A DNA stretch of 64,000 nucleotides from Tubulanus polymorphus (taxonomy: Eukaryota; Animalia; Nemertea): NCBI RefSeq assembly GCF_964204645.1, contig NC_134026.1:10253950-10317949 (forward strand), given 5' to 3'. Positions within the stretch are counted from its first letter, which is position 1. The number at the start of each line of letters is the position of its first letter. Below the pieces are notes generated by a model. It had not been told where the DNA came from and searched no databases. It saw only the letters and a list, made by a program, of their open reading frames with translations. Position numbers and translations under genes: made by a program. Positions 61,787-64,000 of this stretch are shown here, one piece after another.

Positions 61787-61974
61787 CGCTGAAATACAGA
61801 ACTAGATGAAGACAAGACCCCACACCAGGGATCTCGTTAGAGGAAAAATAGGAAAATATAATCTAAGCTAGCAGATATTTTATATATATATCATGTAGAA
61901 CATTGGCCAAAGCTGTCAGGTCAATTTCGATGGACGGTCAAGATGTTTTTGACAGAATGTGATATACATTTTGA

Positions 61975-62262
<288 letters not shown>

Positions 62263-62960
62263 ACATTAGCCGTATATATATGGCCGTTTTTGTTAGCATG
62301 ATTTTTCGGTTCCACTCGGCGCGCTTCGGATGAACAATTACCGGCGTTGCAACCAGCTTTCTTCCTTCGCTTGTCAAAAAGGAGTAAAATAGGCTATACA
62401 TTCCATGTGTTGTTGTACTGCGTATATTTTTAAAGTATGAATAAAAGAGATATTAGAACTTAAGGGTGCGTAGCAGCGGCGGCTAAGCTGCTGGTTCTTG
62501 GGTCCATTCCCTATTACAGGATAATGCTTACAATAATGCAAACACACGAGTTGACACGTCGTCATTAAGACGTCGCGCTGTTTACCATTAGCAATGTCGC
62601 ATTGAATACAAATTTTATTGCAATGTTACGTTATGGTAAAATATTGCAGTAGATTTTTGGTTGTCAGTATAAAAAATGCTGCTTTTTTCCCTAGGAAAAA
62701 TACTACAAAATACTACTGTGATATGTATCAAGCATCCCAAAAAACAGAGCTCACGAAAAAGATTTAATCAGAGGATTTCTGGGCCAAATTAACGTTTCTA
62801 GATCTATTTATTAATTGTTGTTTCAGCGACCCAAAAGCTAACTATAAATCTACCCCTTTACTCAGTATTAGATGTAAAATGTATATTGTAAATAAATGTC
62901 ATGTACATAATTATAGGTATACAAAAAGTAATATATACAAAAAGAAAAGAAATGAATAAA

Positions 62961-63162
<202 letters not shown>

Positions 63163-63699
63163 CCTCTAGCAAAAAAATAACAAATGATGAATATATTATA
63201 TATGTGTTGAATAGGTGATAGATAATATTAAAATGACTGTTGCATTCAAACTTAGATTCCATTTGTTCTCGGCGTCAGGACCCAGTTCCACATGCGAGTT
63301 AATATTAGACTCAGAGTTAATGTTTACCTAGAAAATGAAATTAGTTTTCATTAGAATGTTATATTACTGGACGATATTACTGTGTAACCGGGTCCTTGGT
63401 TCTCTTTTCGTTCTGATACTAGCAAAAAGAGAAAGTTATCATCAAAACCGTCCGCTTACTTTAAAAATCCGGTCTGTCTGCAGCTCGTGTAAGCAGAAAT
63501 GGAACGAAAGTAGAACCTCACGAAATTCTCATCCTCTCCAGGGTGATAATAGCATAACCAATACGCTGAGAGTAGGACTTGCAGGACTTTAGTAGACATT
63601 GTCTGGATGAGGTTTGGAAGTCATGTTGATGCCAACAAACAAAGGTCGAAAAAATCATCAGGGAAATAGTGAAATCAGAAATCATTTAATTTCTTTTCG

Positions 63700-63968
63700 T
63701 TAGAAAGAACGGTTACATTCCGGTGAAATTGGTCGATTGCCCAAATCGTCCCATACAGTGAACGATTTGAGACCCAATGCGTTGTAATCGCAATCGGCCG
63801 TATTCGTCGCATACGTCAAGAAAAATATTTCGATGCGTTTAACGCCACGAAGGTCAAGGCCGGGATTAGTATCAGTCGGGACTTCTAGCTTCCACTGTGT
63901 GAACGGCGGCAGTTCGGCGAATAGATTAGCAGCGTAACCGTACATGCAAGCGTGTTCTTTTATTGTAC
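63700..63968 (-). CDS. Terminal exon of an uncharacterised gene entering from the right; C-terminus resembles the Tc-toxin TcA TcB-binding domain
   Basis: Acceptor tatttgtatctgcttgcag|GT at 63968, open to TAA at 63700. Encodes ...LPPFTQWKLEVPTDTNPGLDLRGVKRIEIFFLTYA...; composition is coding-like. Confidence 0.65.
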
Positions 63969-64000
63969 CTGCAAGCAGATACAAATAATGGCTCAATTGA

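Overview
AT-rich, intron-containing animal genomic DNA, probably from a marine invertebrate; the species cannot be determined from the sequence. Gene models were assembled by hand from splice sites and reading frame. From left to right: (1) the first coding exon of a KCTD10/KCTD13/TNFAIP1 (BACURD) BTB gene on the - strand, running off the left edge and missed by the ORF track; (2) IFT20 (+, 4 exons, 132 aa, one GC-AG intron), head-to-head with it but separated by about 8 kb that is mostly nested transposon relics; (3) two tandem secreted pacifastin-like (MEROPS I19-type) inhibitor genes (-) carrying 1 and 4 Cys-rich domains; (4) an SGT/SGTA co-chaperone gene (-, 10 coding exons, 313 aa); (5) about 19 kb with no intact gene; (6) a vesicular monoamine transporter VMAT/SLC18A (+, 13 coding exons, 552 aa); (7) the last exon of an unknown - strand gene whose C-terminus resembles the Tc-toxin TcA TcB-binding module. 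The rest is MITEs (several with intact TSDs), decayed LINEs, a tRNA-derived SINE, Penelope-type hammerhead relics and long (TA)n tracts. The most interesting leads are the divergent pacifastin-like cluster with five different P1 residues, the toxin-like terminal exon, and the apparently ancient IFT20-BACURD head-to-head pair.
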